A DNA stretch of 64,000 bases, taken from assembly GCF_026571515.1 (NCBI RefSeq), contig NW_026856121.1, forward strand, positions 186,001 through 250,000, in the 5' to 3' direction. Every line of letters begins with the position of its first letter. Within the stretch, counting starts at the first letter, position 1. The notes under the pieces were generated by a model that saw only the letters and a program-made list of their open reading frames with translations, made no database searches and was not told the origin of the DNA. Origin of the DNA: Ruditapes philippinarum. Lineage: Eukaryota. Made by a program: the position numbers and the translations under genes. Positions 40,490 to 55,155 of the stretch are shown here, one piece after another.

Positions 40490-43400
40490 ATGATTAGTGT
40501 AGTTGTAATCATGCAGCCTAGAGTACCAGCTTTTGTGCTTCTCCTTTGTTCATTTGTGAACGTTTGCTTCTCCGAAGAGAAGTCGTGCTCGCGTTATGAC
40601 TTCCAGGAGAAAATACTCGAGAAAGTGTTGAGAATGGAATTCGAATTTAAAGAAATGCAAAAGAACGTAAACGTCGCGCAAATTGCTGTGGACACGTCCG
40701 TAAAATCAGCCGAAAATCAAATAGAAGAGCTAGAAGGGAAGACAGACAAGTTCATGGAAAATCTTGCAGCGAAAATGAAGGCCTTTGATGACCTGTACAA
40801 CACAAGCCGACCTGCACACGGTATGTTGTTTTTATTTATTTATGCAAAATTCTAACAAAATTGAATTATTCAATAATGAAATGTTCGAGTTGACTAAGTA
40901 ATAAAACAATCAACGAATTTCTTTGTTACATAAATATATATATACGTTGAAAATCTATTCTTTTTATATAAATTAGAAGATTTAAAAAAAATAAAAAGAA
41001 ACACAAATCATTTTAAAATGAGAATTCGCATTGATTAATGACGTAAAAGCCGCACTTTTATGTAACAATATCATTAAATTGCCCGCTTGAAAAAATTTAA
41101 CGTATAGAGACGTTGATTCATTAGGATTTTTTTCTACTGAATGTTGGAGAAATAGCTTTTTTTTCAATTCACTTTCCTGAAAAATACACACTGCCGGATG
41201 CAATGGAATAAAATGTATTGATTGTGAATTATTGTGAGGCTATTAAAAATAAGGATAAAAAGCAATGATTCTTAATATTGACATAATGTTCATATTTTAA
41301 GGTTAAAAGTGCGGATTTTGTAACGAATGCTGTTTCAACCGGTGCTAGGGGGCTTGGACGGTAACCTGCAATTAACAATTCCAAACAAATGAACAATCTC
41401 AATTAAACCGAGCCTGCAATATTTTCAATTTTGCTGCGTAGGGCTTTCTATAGGAGTTATGTTTTTTCTACATTTTATTGTTACTTTAAGTTTTTTAAAC
41501 TATCGTGTCTGTTATCTTTTGGGGTTTCTTTGCCTTTTAGCGTTAAGATTCTTTATAATGTAATATTGTCCTTGATTACATCTCACGTATAGTTATGATA
41601 AATCAAAGCAACTAAATGCATCTTGAATACAATATATGAGTAGGCAAGTGGTTAAATATCTGTAGTTTGTATCTTTTTGAAATATTTAAAGCAGTGTACG
41701 CATTTTTTCTTGTACATTCAGTACTTGATAAAGTTTTTCTTATGAAAATAATAAACTATTCCATTTAAATGATATTTTATCGCTATTAAACACTGTTAGA
41801 CATATCATAAATACCTGGTGATAGCGACCGACTCTTTGATCAAATTAAGAAAAGGGATACTTTAAGATTTATTATAAATAATGTCTAACAAGACATTAAT
41901 ACAAATGTGATTTTCCGTAATTTGTTATAAATCCATGCTATATCTTAAACTTATTCAGGACCTGAAACATGTCCAGATGGATGGATCTACTTTCAGAATT
42001 CATGCTACACATTTGGAAAAGATGCTGTACAGTTCTACGAGGCTCAGGTATGTTCCGCTTGCTTTATGATCTTAAAACTAAATTGTTGCAAAGTTTTGAT
42101 ACAGTAAATGTTTTATAAATTGTATAAACCTGTAAACCTATAAGTTACCTGGATTAATTTATATTTCTCTTCAAGGGACTGATGTATTTTGACATAATAG
42201 GATTAGAAACATACTTCTGAGATTTGTGTACCATTTGATGCAGGTCATGACAAATGACTTGTGTGCAAAGTTTAGGACCATTCCCTTGACCAGAATGTCC
42301 AAAATAATCATTTTTAGTGTTCAAAATGACCCGAAAATGAAGAGTTGCAGCGCTTTTTGCTCAAATCAGGCTAAGAATCACACATGTTCAGTGAAATTCT
42401 GAAAGTATTTCTTTATTATCATTTGCAGATTTTTCCTATTTTGATCTATGTATGAATTTCAGATTTTATTTTCTTTATGCTTTTTTACCACAGTGGAGCT
42501 CATTTAATCATATTACAATTACAGATTAAATACAATTTAACAAATCTAAGATATTTAAGTATCATAATATGCAGTATTATATATTTTTGGTATAATGCAA
42601 TATTATATCGAGTATGACACGGATTTGATATTATTCATTTGGACTCGAAAAATGAAATCTAGGCTTGATTGAGTACAATATGGATTTGATATGGATGTTT
42701 AAGACACAGGAGATGAAATAAGGCTAAATGGATATGATACGGTTCAACAATGATTTTTATTGGACCATCACATGGTGCAAACGCTGGAAATTAATATGTT
42801 GCATTTTATAAGGTGTAAACTTGAGTCTCCTATATTTCAATCTGATACAATGAAACCTGATATAATTCAACCTGATATAAAAATAAAGTCTGATATATAT
42901 CAAAATCTGGTTACCTTAAGTATAATTCATTTAATTCTTTTTTTAGAGGTATTGCAAACAGTTTGACGCCGGTCTTGTGAATATAGAGAGTTCTGTTGAG
43001 AATTTCTTTCTCCGAAATTTTCTGAAAGAATTGAAAGGTAAAACATCAATTTCTTATGCACTGTCAACATAAATACATTATTTTATAGAAGTGTTTATTT
43101 TAGCTAATGTCTATTAAACTTGTGAAGGTTTATTCATTTTTTTTATAAATAGACACTTAATCATAACGCATTTTAAACCCGTAACAGTCATAAAATATAA
43201 AGGCATCCCGACACTGGGAAATAAAACTATGACTTTAGTTTCATAGAGAAAGTTATTTATGTAAAATATCCGGTGAGCAGTAGAATCTTATTTATGTAAA
43301 ATGTCCGGTAAGCAATTGTTTACTGATTATATTAATTATAATTACCTACTTGAAAACTAAGATTTGCATGAGTTAATAATGTTGCATTCTTTTTTAAGCA

Positions 43401-44425
43401 CCAAATCACTGGATCGGTTTGACTGACGTAGAACAGGAAGGTGACTGGAGGCACTATCCGTCTTTGAAAGAGGTCACTTTCTTTGATTGGGGGAAGCACC
43501 AACCCAACAATGGAAGAGTGTCCAACTGTGCCGCGTTCTGGGAGAGTTTTCAACATCTTTGGGTCGACGAACCATGCACCAACAAATTTCGACCTCTCTG
43601 TGAAATGAAGTAAGATAATTTATATAATTAATTTATTTTGATTATTATTATTTTACTAATATCCAAAGTCGCAAGAGCGCATTATTGTAAAGCAGATAAT
43701 CTTTGTCTATCAGTATACAATACTATATATATGTACATTGTTGAGTTTCATACTGAAATCTATTGTAGGAGTACATAAGAGTCAATTCTTTATTAGACAA
43801 GCGGCTAGCCGAGTGTGATATAGGTTTTGTTGATGTGTACGAGTTCAATTGAATAAGTATTGTTCTCAACATTGTATAATGACCTCGTTTTTACATTTTT
43901 AAACATTTTAACAGTACTTTGTTTCTTAAAGTATTGTAAGGAATTGATATAATTTTTGACCCTGAAAATGAGGCAAGATGGAGTACAATATGCATATGAT
44001 GTAGATGCAGCAAACTCTTGAAATTAAAACGAGGCTTTATTGGATGTGATATGTGCATTTGATAAGGATGCATTGTACTCTGGAAATAGAAACGAGGCTT
44101 TATTGAAAATTTTAGATCCGATTATGATTTCTATTGGAACATCACGTGATTCAGACAATGAAAGTTCATTGGTTATACTTTATAAAGTGTGAAATAAATA
44201 CATGTATTTCATTTGGTTATACTAAGATGTAACAGGTTTTAATGCTTTAATTGTCCTTTTCTATATGGGCCAACAAATAAACACAAAATTTATATATTTT
44301 GTAAAAGAATGCAGGTAAAATCACTTTGTTTTTAGTGGGTGATTATTTTAGTAAAAAGACATTTGTATTTTTATATATTATACTTGTATTTTTATATATT
44401 TTACAGACTCAACTCAAGTGAATAA
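40490..44425 (+). CDS. Secreted coiled-coil + C-type lectin protein (QPN motif), 5 exons
   Basis: Exons 40490(or 40511)-40820, 41959-42047, 42947-43037, 43399-43609, 44407-44425; phases consistent. Signal peptide, CSRYDFQEKILEKVLRMEF coiled-coil leader, TCPDGW..FQNSCY, HWIGL, QPNN, WVD, PLCE. Confidence 0.85.
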
Positions 44426-44653
44426 TATCTTTGCTTCTATCAAGCCGACACTTATGTAACCAGACATTAATCTATTTCTATCAAATGATAAAGTCTGTTT
44501 TCGATAATAAAAATGTGATTCAGAATGACTATTTTGTTTTTGCTATAATGTTAAAGCGAGATAACTGTTCCTTCTGCAGTGTTTAAATAAAAACCACCAA
44601 AAAAACTTTCATTTTGTTTTTGTTAGCGCTTTCATGTAAATCATGTAGTATAT

Positions 44654-45686
44654 TGAAACGTTCCCGGAGTCTGCTAGCCCGGACACACTTCAATATCGAC
44701 ACGTGGGTTCTTCTCAAACACACGTAAATGGATAAGGGAAAATAGGGACACAAGTACTAAATGATATGGACACCTGAAATAAGATTAACACAACAATTTA
44801 TTAAATATACATTTCACAAACAATAAAATTCGTATATAGTATATTCTGTGGATGGCTCTGGCTTGGGCTCCTCGTCTTAGGTCAGGAATATTCTTCTGTT
44901 ACGTCTAGAATAATGTATAATATAAGATGAAATGAAAGGCTTGACAAATACGGTGTCACGTCTTGACTGTGGTCTGGTACAAATTCTATGGTAGGAATTA
45001 CCATGAAATGCTATAAGGTTGATGGGTATCTAAAATGGTGACTACAAAATACAGTGGTGTTCTACCCTGGTATATGGGTATCACTATTAAATATAGGATT
45101 ATGACTATGGAAACTTGGTCTTCAGTCAGGATTTATTATAAACGGAAAATAATGCCAAACTAGATGATTTAACATAAAGCTTCTATATGAACTATTACTG
45201 GCATAAAGTATTATATACCTTTCTGGTGGCTGGAGATACATCCATATTCAATATAGTATAGATTGTAGCTGTAAAGTATAGGTGTGGTCTGGTGGCTATC
45301 TACCAAGGTACTGACAATTCTGGCATATTCGGGCTGCTATTTATAGTCTCGGACGCTGAATGGCTAGCTTGGCTATGGTGCCTAGCTTGGCAGTATCGTC
45401 ATCGTCTCCGTCTCGCGCGGGCAAAAATTTAGCCAGTGCCAGCTGCCATGTTTAAATTGGCAGCGTGTGGCTAATTGATAATTAAAACGGCAAAAACGTA
45501 GAAAATAAGTTATTTTAAGTAATATAACCATCGTAGATATTAAAAGGATGAAGTTATCTGTGCATACAGTGTATGTTTTGATGATTAAAATCGATGTCAT
45601 AGAGTAGAGTGAATTACTTTGGTACTTGAGTAGTTTCCGGATACGGGTTCATTTTCGGATGTAAAATGATGGGCCTGATCGTTACA
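44654..45686 (-). mobile_element. Solo LTR (~1.03 kb), Gypsy-like
   Basis: Ends TGAAACG...CGTTACA with ATAT on both sides (44650-44653, 45687-45690). Minus-strand TATAAATA (~45340) lies upstream of AATAAA (~44800). No coding sequence. Confidence 0.75.
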
Positions 45687-46519
45687 ATATTGTTAATTTA
45701 ATTGTTTAATATTTCTTTTCGAATTGACGGGTTTAATACTATTGAATGACCACCAAAACTTATTTATACAGAGTATTGTTAAGATCATATAATGCCTCAG
45801 CTATATGTAAAACTTTCGTTCTGTTTGAAAGGGCGAGTATGTGTTTCATGATGTTGTAATAATATATTTAGAATACGAACATGTGAAATACTTATTACCC
45901 CCGTACAAATGAAAGTCAGAAAGGTAATAAATTGTACACAAAATGGTAAATGTATTTTGCATTCCATGCAAAATGCTGAATCACTCTAAAAGTACGTATT
46001 GCCTTAAGGCTTAACGTAAAAGAAGCAAAAAGATGGCCACCAAGCTAAAAAAGATGGCCGCCAGGCCGACAATAACCATTTGAAAACTGTAATATGAAAT
46101 TAAAAATAAAGGAGAGGTCACAGCATTCTTCTTCATCTCGTTTAAAAACAATTACCTTAATTACAAGGTAATAATAAGCTGATGGGTAGCACTTCATCAT
46201 ATACATATAGTTGTTTTACTTCTTTCATTCGTTAGCTATCAAGGGTGGGGGTGGAGAAGGTTGGTTGTTGCTAAAGGTTCAAGACATACTTTTCTTTGTC
46301 TGTGATATACACACTAAAATCCGAAGTTAAAGATAATAAGTGTTGTAATAACATATAAATAATTCAGCAAAAGAGAAACCCAACCCTCCTTATAGAAAAT
46401 AAGCAAAAAGTTGATAACCGCAGACACGGGTGTATTGACTTTATTCATGAGAATTATGGGTGCAAATGGTCAATGGGTCCAAATAATAAATTTAGGTGTA
46501 TCGGCAACTAAGTATATGG

Positions 46520-46612
46520 TAGTGTTTAATAATACGTATTAACAAAAATGATTGGTCAAGCCTGCCGCAGACAGGCGACCAATTATTTTTGTTAATGCGT
46601 ATTATTAAACAT
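46520..46612. repeat. Palindromic repeat
   Basis: TGTTTAATAATACGTATTAACAAAAATGATTGGTC is mirrored by GACCAATTATTTTTGTTAATGCGTATTATTAAACA. Confidence 0.8.
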
Positions 46613-49249
46613 TAACCTATTTAATGATCAACTTTTTTTTCAAACAAAAACAAGGCATTTCTATAAATCACCGATAGCTCCGCCCTTTCGCTCTACAAGA
46701 TGTCTACACCTTGTCAAGTTTCTAACATGTCACATTTAGATAAGCTAAATGATTGGCCCTTTCAATATATAATCAGGCACTTTTTTACTGAAATGTCACA
46801 GAATTTATACCTTTATCTACAGTAAGACTATCGTGTTTCTATAAAATATGTGGAAAAAAACAGCGAGGAAAATGATGCAATTAGGTAAAAACAATGGAGT
46901 TAATGAAATGTGTATATCCTTTTAAAATAAAAGGAAAATGTCAAGAAAATATATTAGAGATTATTAACTGATACAAATTCGTTGTTAGCTAACATTTAAA
47001 ATCCCTATTGATTTGCTCATTTGAAAAAACAGTTCATTTTTTCTTCTGTGTGTCAATTTAGGTTTAGAGGTGGAGAGGGTCCATTTACAATGAGTTTTCC
47101 AGTCCAAAAATGTAATCATTGTATTCTTAATATCAAGGATTGTTAATGCAATTCATTCCTATCAGCTGAAAGAAAATAATGTTTTGTTTACTTTTTCTAG
47201 AAAATATAATGTTTAAAACAGTCAGCAATTAATAACAGAAATTGTTTCTTAGAGTTAAAAGGGTATAAAAAGTTACTATGTAATCATTTGTCTCTGCGTG
47301 CCCCTCATGTTTTATGTATGTAATAAATTTGATTGTATCCTCACATTTAGAAACACATGACCTTTTGACCTGAGTTGAGATAGATATTTTACAATTCAGA
47401 GTGCAAACCACACCTCTTACTCCTCCCTAATATATTGCATTATTGGAATTAGTTAGACTGGTTAGACCACGGATTAAGTAAATTTTATTTAGTAAGTACA
47501 CATTTACCAAAGTTAGACTAAGCAGAAATTTGAAAAAAAATACTGCAATGTGATTGGACAAAAATAATGTTGATCATTAAGGAGTGTAGTAGTGGAATAC
47601 ACCAACTTTGCATAAATTAAAGAGCAAGTTATGAGTTTGTTTGTTAAAATTTTTGTTGCACGCACATTTTCGTGTGAGAAAAATCATTCAAAAGCAATTT
47701 CAGTACATTTAACTTTATCTTGATATTATCATGTTGTTTTTTATCTTCGTCACGCTGATGAATTTTGCTAAACGTACGTAGTTGGAAACTGACATCCTTA
47801 TAAATATGTTTATATGAAATTGAGTGTTATCGTGAAATTAATAAATATTATGCATCACCTTGGTCATGGTTAAACTATCAAGATAACTATATTTTTGTCA
47901 TGACAGTGTGACGGGTCCTACTTCAAATGTGTATTTTGTATGTCTTAGTTTATCTGACAAACGTTCAGAAAAAAGACCTAAGTACATTTTATACAACGAA
48001 CCAGACCTTGAGTTTTGTAAGCATAAAAATCACACACACTCACGCGCGTACACATCCGCAGAATGATTTTCCAGAGAAAAAAATATCTTTTTTTTCTATA
48101 ATTCGGATGAAAACACTGAAATCACTGGATGTGACGGACTAAAAGTAAAATAGAGAGAAGTAAAAATCAGGTTATAGGAAAGGAAATTCAGGCATACAAT
48201 TTATTAGTAAATAATTTTATGCGTGTCTAGTGCAATTAATTTATCATTAACATTTTATACACATATATTTGCATATTTATCTGCATTCAATGGCTGTTGA
48301 TGTATATTTAACACTAAGCAAATTACTACATTTTTGATCTAGACATTCAAAACTATAGGCCATTAATATTCGTTTTATGCAAAAAGCACATGATATACAT
48401 GTACATTTTCACGAAGGTCTCAAATGAGTACTAATCTGACTTTAATATTATTTTTGTATTAATTGTTCAAATTATGCGAGTCATGAATGCTCTAGCAGAT
48501 ATATTTGACAAATTTCTGTATTATTGGATGAGTCAATTGTTCCCTGTTTAATATTATCGAAATATTGTAACGTAACTCGCTGGTGGAAAAGAGATTGAGA
48601 GCTTGATAAGAAATAAATAAGAGTATAAAATCAAAGCACTGAATGTACTGATGGGGAGGCTATGACAGAATGTTTCAGACTTATAGTTTCTTTTCTTTTT
48701 GCTTAAAATGTGCTGTTAAATAAGAAGATATGCACATTGCGACATTTATCGTTCAGCCATTCATATAAATGGTTAATATGGTTGACTATTCATTTTGTTA
48801 ATATTCCAGAACATTTCATTGAGGTCTACATTCGGATTGTTAAAGAAAAACCTAAAAACCATTTATAAATGACATACCAGCAGGTATGACTACTGTTCAT
48901 TATACGATCATATAATACCATTTTACAACTGACGGTTCATTATCAAAATATTCTAGGACTGTTCATCATAAATACTTCATGTCATTTTAATATCATTGAA
49001 TGATAATAACAACTGCAAAATAAGAAACATTTTAATTGAACATAAAAATTATACATATTTACATGTACCATAATTGAGATCAATAAGACACTGTCTTGTG
49101 ATGAGTATTAATATTCATGCTCTACGGACAGAAAGTTGTCTTCTCCCGAAGCAAATCTCGAATAAAATCACGTTTCAGAAAATTATTCCCATTTCATTAC
49201 TCGTCGCTGACTTTGACGGCTTCGGATAATATTAAAGCGAAATATTTCT

Positions 49250-49896
49250 TGAAAAAATACATATATGCAAAGCTTATTCAAAATTGAATCAACCTAAGTG
49301 AAAATTGATCAGGAAGTTATATCTTCTTTTTTTATCTTCTTTTTTTACCGCCAACACTCAACCAACTTATGGATTTGAAACCTCACCAGCTTGAAATATA
49401 TACTGTGGAAAATCTCCTGTATAACAGAGTGTGCGGTTATTACGTTGGGTTTTCCTTGTCGACCATTTCCCGCAAATAGATGAGAACATCGAAGCGTCAG
49501 TGCTATGAATGGTGTTATAAATAGCGTGTTTTGGAGGTTTTTGTTGAAACTTCTCCAATCCCTCCAGAGGTATGCACGTCGCGGAGAAGGCACACGGCAG
49601 GTCAAGGTCAAGTCATCTCAAGTACCAGAGGTGATTGGTTGACCTGTCGTAACTTACTCTGGAGGTTTGACGCTAATGAATGACGTTTTTGTTGTCGTCA
49701 GTCAGGAAGTTGATGCCTTGACAATACTGTCGTCTCCTTTACCACTAACGAACGAAGAATGGGCTACAAGGAAGATTCTGCTTGAAAAAGACGTCCCCGA
49801 TGCTATAATCTCGGACATATGGTTATTCCGGTGCCGAGAATGAATGAACTTAAAACACACACTCTTGTTGAAAACAAAACAATAAAACAACAACAT
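49250..49896 (-). pseudogene. Possible decayed IL-17-like cytokine gene
   Basis: Across frames: hydrophobic leader, Thr/Ser-rich stretch, LTCRVP, NNRTLC (cf. N.RS.CPW), FPQYIFQA (cf. R.P..I..A.C), terminal ISFAYMY (cf. V..AC.C). There are multiple stops and several Cys are missing. Confidence 0.3.
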
Positions 49897-52800
49897 ATTT
49901 TCTGTAGTAATTTTTCAAGTGTTGTAAAATGAAAACGAAATTCGTCTTGTGGCGCCAATTCTTTTTAGAACACAAACATATACGTTCTTTTTATTTGATT
50001 TATTCAAATAAAAATTAATCACTTCAGCGCGCGCAAATATCATTTTCAAATTAAAATTTCGTAAGGTATGTTGATGAATTTCCCATGCTCGACTGTAAGT
50101 CATTCGTATATATATGCGTTTTTTATGTTTTGTTTTTTAAAGTTTCTTATTCTTTAATATTTTTATGTATCTCATAATCTGTATTGAAAATTTTATCACA
50201 CACTAACTATCAAATTATGATTCGTTGCCCTAGAATTGAATAAACTTTCTAATTACACAATACGGGGTCATTCATTTGATTGAAGACTGATCTTTGCGTC
50301 TTTCTCTGAAATAATTATTTGACCACATATTTCTGTCATTTAACTGTTCACTTTACTTCCGATTTTTGTTGTACCGAAACACATGTTTCTATTTGTGTTT
50401 TCTATTCGAATCTATGATCAGTTTAATGGGATCACCACCGGGTAAACGACTACTAGTTACTTTGGTCATGTTTTTTACCCCAAATATTTGAATGTTTCTA
50501 TTGGGATTAAAATGAGCGTAGATAGCTAAACTGCTGGTTGTATAAATCCCTGACCTGTCTAATTCTAATTATGAGATTAGTGGATATATTAAGACTTTCA
50601 CTACAAACTATTCCTAAACAAAAGAGCACATGTTTAAATTTATTCCTTTACAAATAGAAGATCAGAGTAGGGATCTGTCAATTGCCAGACATATTTTTAA
50701 AAGATACTTTTATGTTAAAAGTTTGATTAATGAATTATGTAAGATGAAAATATAAGTATTGCTTGTTTTTTTGGCTAATATTAAATGTAATCTTGTGGTG
50801 AAATTTTGTTGGAGGGTCCTTACGGATTTTGTAGTTAAATAGTTTTTTTTCGGCGATACACGGTTTAAGAATATAATGTTTTCAAACTATATGTTCATCA
50901 CCATTAGTGAATTTTTAGTTAAATGTATGCAAAATATTTACTAACAGCTATATGATATAACGGTTTATGAGCGTTTTCCACGTACAGCCTCCTAAGGTGT
51001 ACTAATAAGTTAGTTTTCCTTAGTTATAACGCAAGCATGATCCATGTCTCTGATGTAAGCGACAGTTTACCATTATTTGTCTTTAAAAAATATTAAGGAC
51101 TATTAATGGTTTATAACAACAAAAGAACATGCATGATATTGAGACAACGGTGTTGCAACGTTCTAGTTAATGACCCGTCATAAACAGTTGGTCGCTGCGT
51201 AGTAATTGGAAAATTGTTATCAAAAATAATAAAGAATTTTTGCCACCTAATTAAAGCATTTACCTATAAATTTTTATTTATGCTTTTGTTTAAAAAATAT
51301 TGATAAAGTTATTATATAGAAGGGTTTTCATACCAGAACTATTTATTACCAACGTACGTATGCCTAAACCTGATTACCGCGGCAGTATGACGTCACGGAG
51401 TAGTGATTTTGAAAAAATAACAAACAAAAATCAAGAATTTTTCAGAGAATTATTATCTTTACAAATCGCAGATATGAAATAAAAGTTCATATTGTAAATG
51501 TCTGTGATGAGTGATGAGTCAGCTTAGAAAAAATCAAGGTACTATTTTTCGACCTGATTACCGCGGCAGTAAGATTTGACGGACGGTTATTAACATTGGG
51601 TCAGCATAGCCTCCCCAAAAAATGAGAATACAAGGCAACGTTCAGAGGACACAGCACCGACATACTCCAGCTACCACAGCAGGAGCCCTGAATGCGCCAA
51701 ACAAAAGTCGGGACAGGACATAAGTAAATAAAAAAACAAAAAAAACTTTGATTTAAATACCTGAGTCATAGTCTCGTGGCTAGTGAATAAATACATAATT
51801 GACTGTATTGTTGTTTTTCTTTAAACTCAATCCTTCTTTCAAATTAAACAACGAACAAACAAAATAATGATACTTGCAAGACAAAAGTGATCGCTCGGAA
51901 GCATTTAAAGCAACAAAATTACATGAAAGTATTATTGAGTCTGTACATGAGACTTTTCTACTCTTAAAAGAAACTTTAAGAATTTAGTAAGCCATTAAAG
52001 TCAGCTAATACAACAAACGCCTATACATGTTTTAAAAAACTTCCAACACTTAGACTGTATACAAACTTGGGAAAGTGATGATCTTAACCAGGGTGTTTAC
52101 TCATTATAGCCTGTTTTATCATGACATACTCATTGTTAATAGTTTTGTAGATATCGTTAAAAAGCTTTCCAAGTTCAGGTTCATGTCCCGACTGTTTTAA
52201 TGTGGATGTGTTATGACACTTGAGACTGGTTTCAAAGAATGCAAAGGATAAATATTGATCTAAGTGCATTTGTTTGCATGAATAATTTGAGAAGATAGCA
52301 CTATCTTTCCTTCGTCTTTTTTAATTTTAAATCTTACTTTTATCACTTCTTTATACTTCTTGGCCACTTGAAAGCCTAAAAAAGAAATAAACACATGCAA
52401 CTTTGCAGTGCTCTTGTGTTGTTGGGTCGTGTGGTGGGGGTTGCGTTCGTTGTTGATCTTGTTTTTTTTATATTTGATGTATGAATACAAGATAGGGTGC
52501 GTGGTTTCTCGTTTTTCAAAAATTTATCAGATTAAAATTGAATAGAAAGAATTTGATATAGTACATTTAAGTAATTTCGGGGGTCACTATGTCACTTATT
52601 AAGTTATTTGATCCTAAAAGAGAGTTATAAGTATTTCACATGTTCATGTTCTAAAAATCTCCGTTTCTTATTTTAGTCATATGAATTGTTGGTAACTTCT
52701 GTAGAACATGTAAAACCAGCCTATATATTTTCATCAAACGCTCAGGTAGAAATTGCATTTTCTAGCGTAATTGTTGTTTCTAGCGTATGTGTTTGTTTGT

Positions 52801-55155
52801 TTGTTTGGATTTTTACGGTACATCAGCACATTACCTGGCCATTCGTGCCGAATGCTATAAAAGGGCTTAAAATGTTAATGTAAAACTTTGTAAATGACAA
52901 TAAAAATGAGGCCAATTAGATGTGTCACAAAACGCCATATTTATGTGCTGTCAAGAAATATGTTTTTAACAAATCGGCTTTGTATTTCTTATTCGGCTAA
53001 TCAATATCTCCTATTCTATGTCAAATGGAATTTTCCTTATCTGTAGCTTATCAAATCCTAATAATACCATGATACAGTTATGATGAATGTCTTTTGTATA
53101 TAGATTACTCGTATAGTTTAGTAAAATAATTACGGTTTTCTGATTCATTTTATCATATTTAAAGGGACTCCACTGAGGTTTAAAAGCCCAAACACATAAA
53201 ATTTGAATTTCTTACATAAAATAAGCTTGGGCACTTTAAACAGAAATATTTGCAACGATAGTTAAGAAAAATACTTGAAATAAATTGAAAATCGTATTTT
53301 TGTGCTTTTCTTAGCCCGATTTGAGTGAAAAGTGTTTTTCATTTTGGGGCATTTTTTTACAATTTGAATAATTATTCTGAAAAAACGAAGTGCGCGAATA
53401 ATCTGAAATTTTGCACAAAGATGATGTTGATTTGATAAAATGTCAGTACTCATCATCCGTTTAAGTCAAACATGCTATTTTTTGTTTGCATTTAAAAATA
53501 CATCATTTATTACCCAACGGTTTGTCAAATTTATTCATTATTTCCTGTAAAGCAGAAGCGCCGCGATTTATGTTCACCTACAGTATCTTAAAATCGTGAA
53601 AATTACCTTGATAATTTTGGTTTACAAACGATTAAAACTACAAATTGATTAATTTTAAAGAATGTTAACTACAAAAGATAATAATCAAGTGCTTTACAAA
53701 TTGGCATTTCTCATTAGTTAAAAAAATATTCATAAATAACAATAACGGTGTTTAAACACAATCGTTATGATAATGTTGATAAAAGCGATGTTTGCCATGG
53801 TTGCCAGAATAAGTATCATCTTTAAGAGATAATTAATGATTTAGCATTTCTCAGTCCTTAACTTGTTAAATAATATATTCATAAATAACGGTGAATTAAG
53901 TATAAATGATAATATATATTTTATTCAGTCAAATTAAAACAATTGTAAGATAGCAATTTTACTTGTGTAGCTGGGATGTCTGTAATTTATGATGAATATA
54001 TTCAACATATTGAAGTAAAATATATCAAATAAAAAGTAATGAAATTAATATTTTAGAAGAAAAAAATCAATGATTTAGGTAATATGTTCTTTGCCAAAGT
54101 TAATATTGAACAATTATATTGTCAGTTTTTAAGTTGCAGAACCAGTAAACATGGATTGTTCAGTTTTCTTCCTTGTCGTTCGACAGTTGCAAATCCTTGT
54201 TTAAACGTCCAGCTAAAAAGAAATGATAAACATGAAATCACTTATTTGATATTAAAGAAGACATTACAGATACAAATTAAACGTGAATAAAAAAATCAAT
54301 TTCGTAAACATTTACTGAATCATTTTAGTGAAAAGAATATGAAAGTACGTATAAAAATATGCATGGCTGCACGTAAAATATTTTTTATGATCCATTTATG
54401 GGTCATACCGAAAAGATAGTGTTACGTAATTTGCATTTTAGTTTTTACCTTCACGTTTGATGATTTCTTTGATGTGATTTGTATGTTTTAATCCATCAGA
54501 TGATAAACCAGAGTCTGAAAATTTGAAAAGAAATTTAATAGCTCGTATTCAAAATTCCCATGAATCTACCCTTCAAGTATTGTATAAACGACTTTTTTCA
54601 CACGAATATATTACAATATAAAATAGACTTATATTCGCATATCAGACTGGATTTACATATTAAATGACACAAGCTTATAATGTCGTCGTTCTAGTACCTT
54701 TTTGAAAATGTCGTTTGCCTCGGATGAATACGTTATAATAGATCAGAGACAGATCTTATCTTTAATAAATGAATCACTTGAATATTCACATTCTTGAGCA
54801 TACTGCTCCATGTTGAAGTTCTTATTTTTGAGACTAGTTTATTTTAATACAGTCAAATGTGCGCTGTTAAAAATTCTTTTTATTATTTAAAATGAGCATA
54901 GACTATGACTAAGCTTATCTAATAAAAATAAGCAAGCTTCTACAAATGTGGGTAACAAAATCACATCAAGAAACATTTATTACATTGACTGATTAAATGA
55001 CCAATTTAACTACAAACTCAATATGCCCATCTAAACACACATTAACACATTATATGCAAAGAAATTGAATTTGTTACAATATACAAACATTTTTATACTG
55101 AAAACACTGTTGATATATAAAAGCAAATGCCTTAATGAAACAATTAACATTACAT

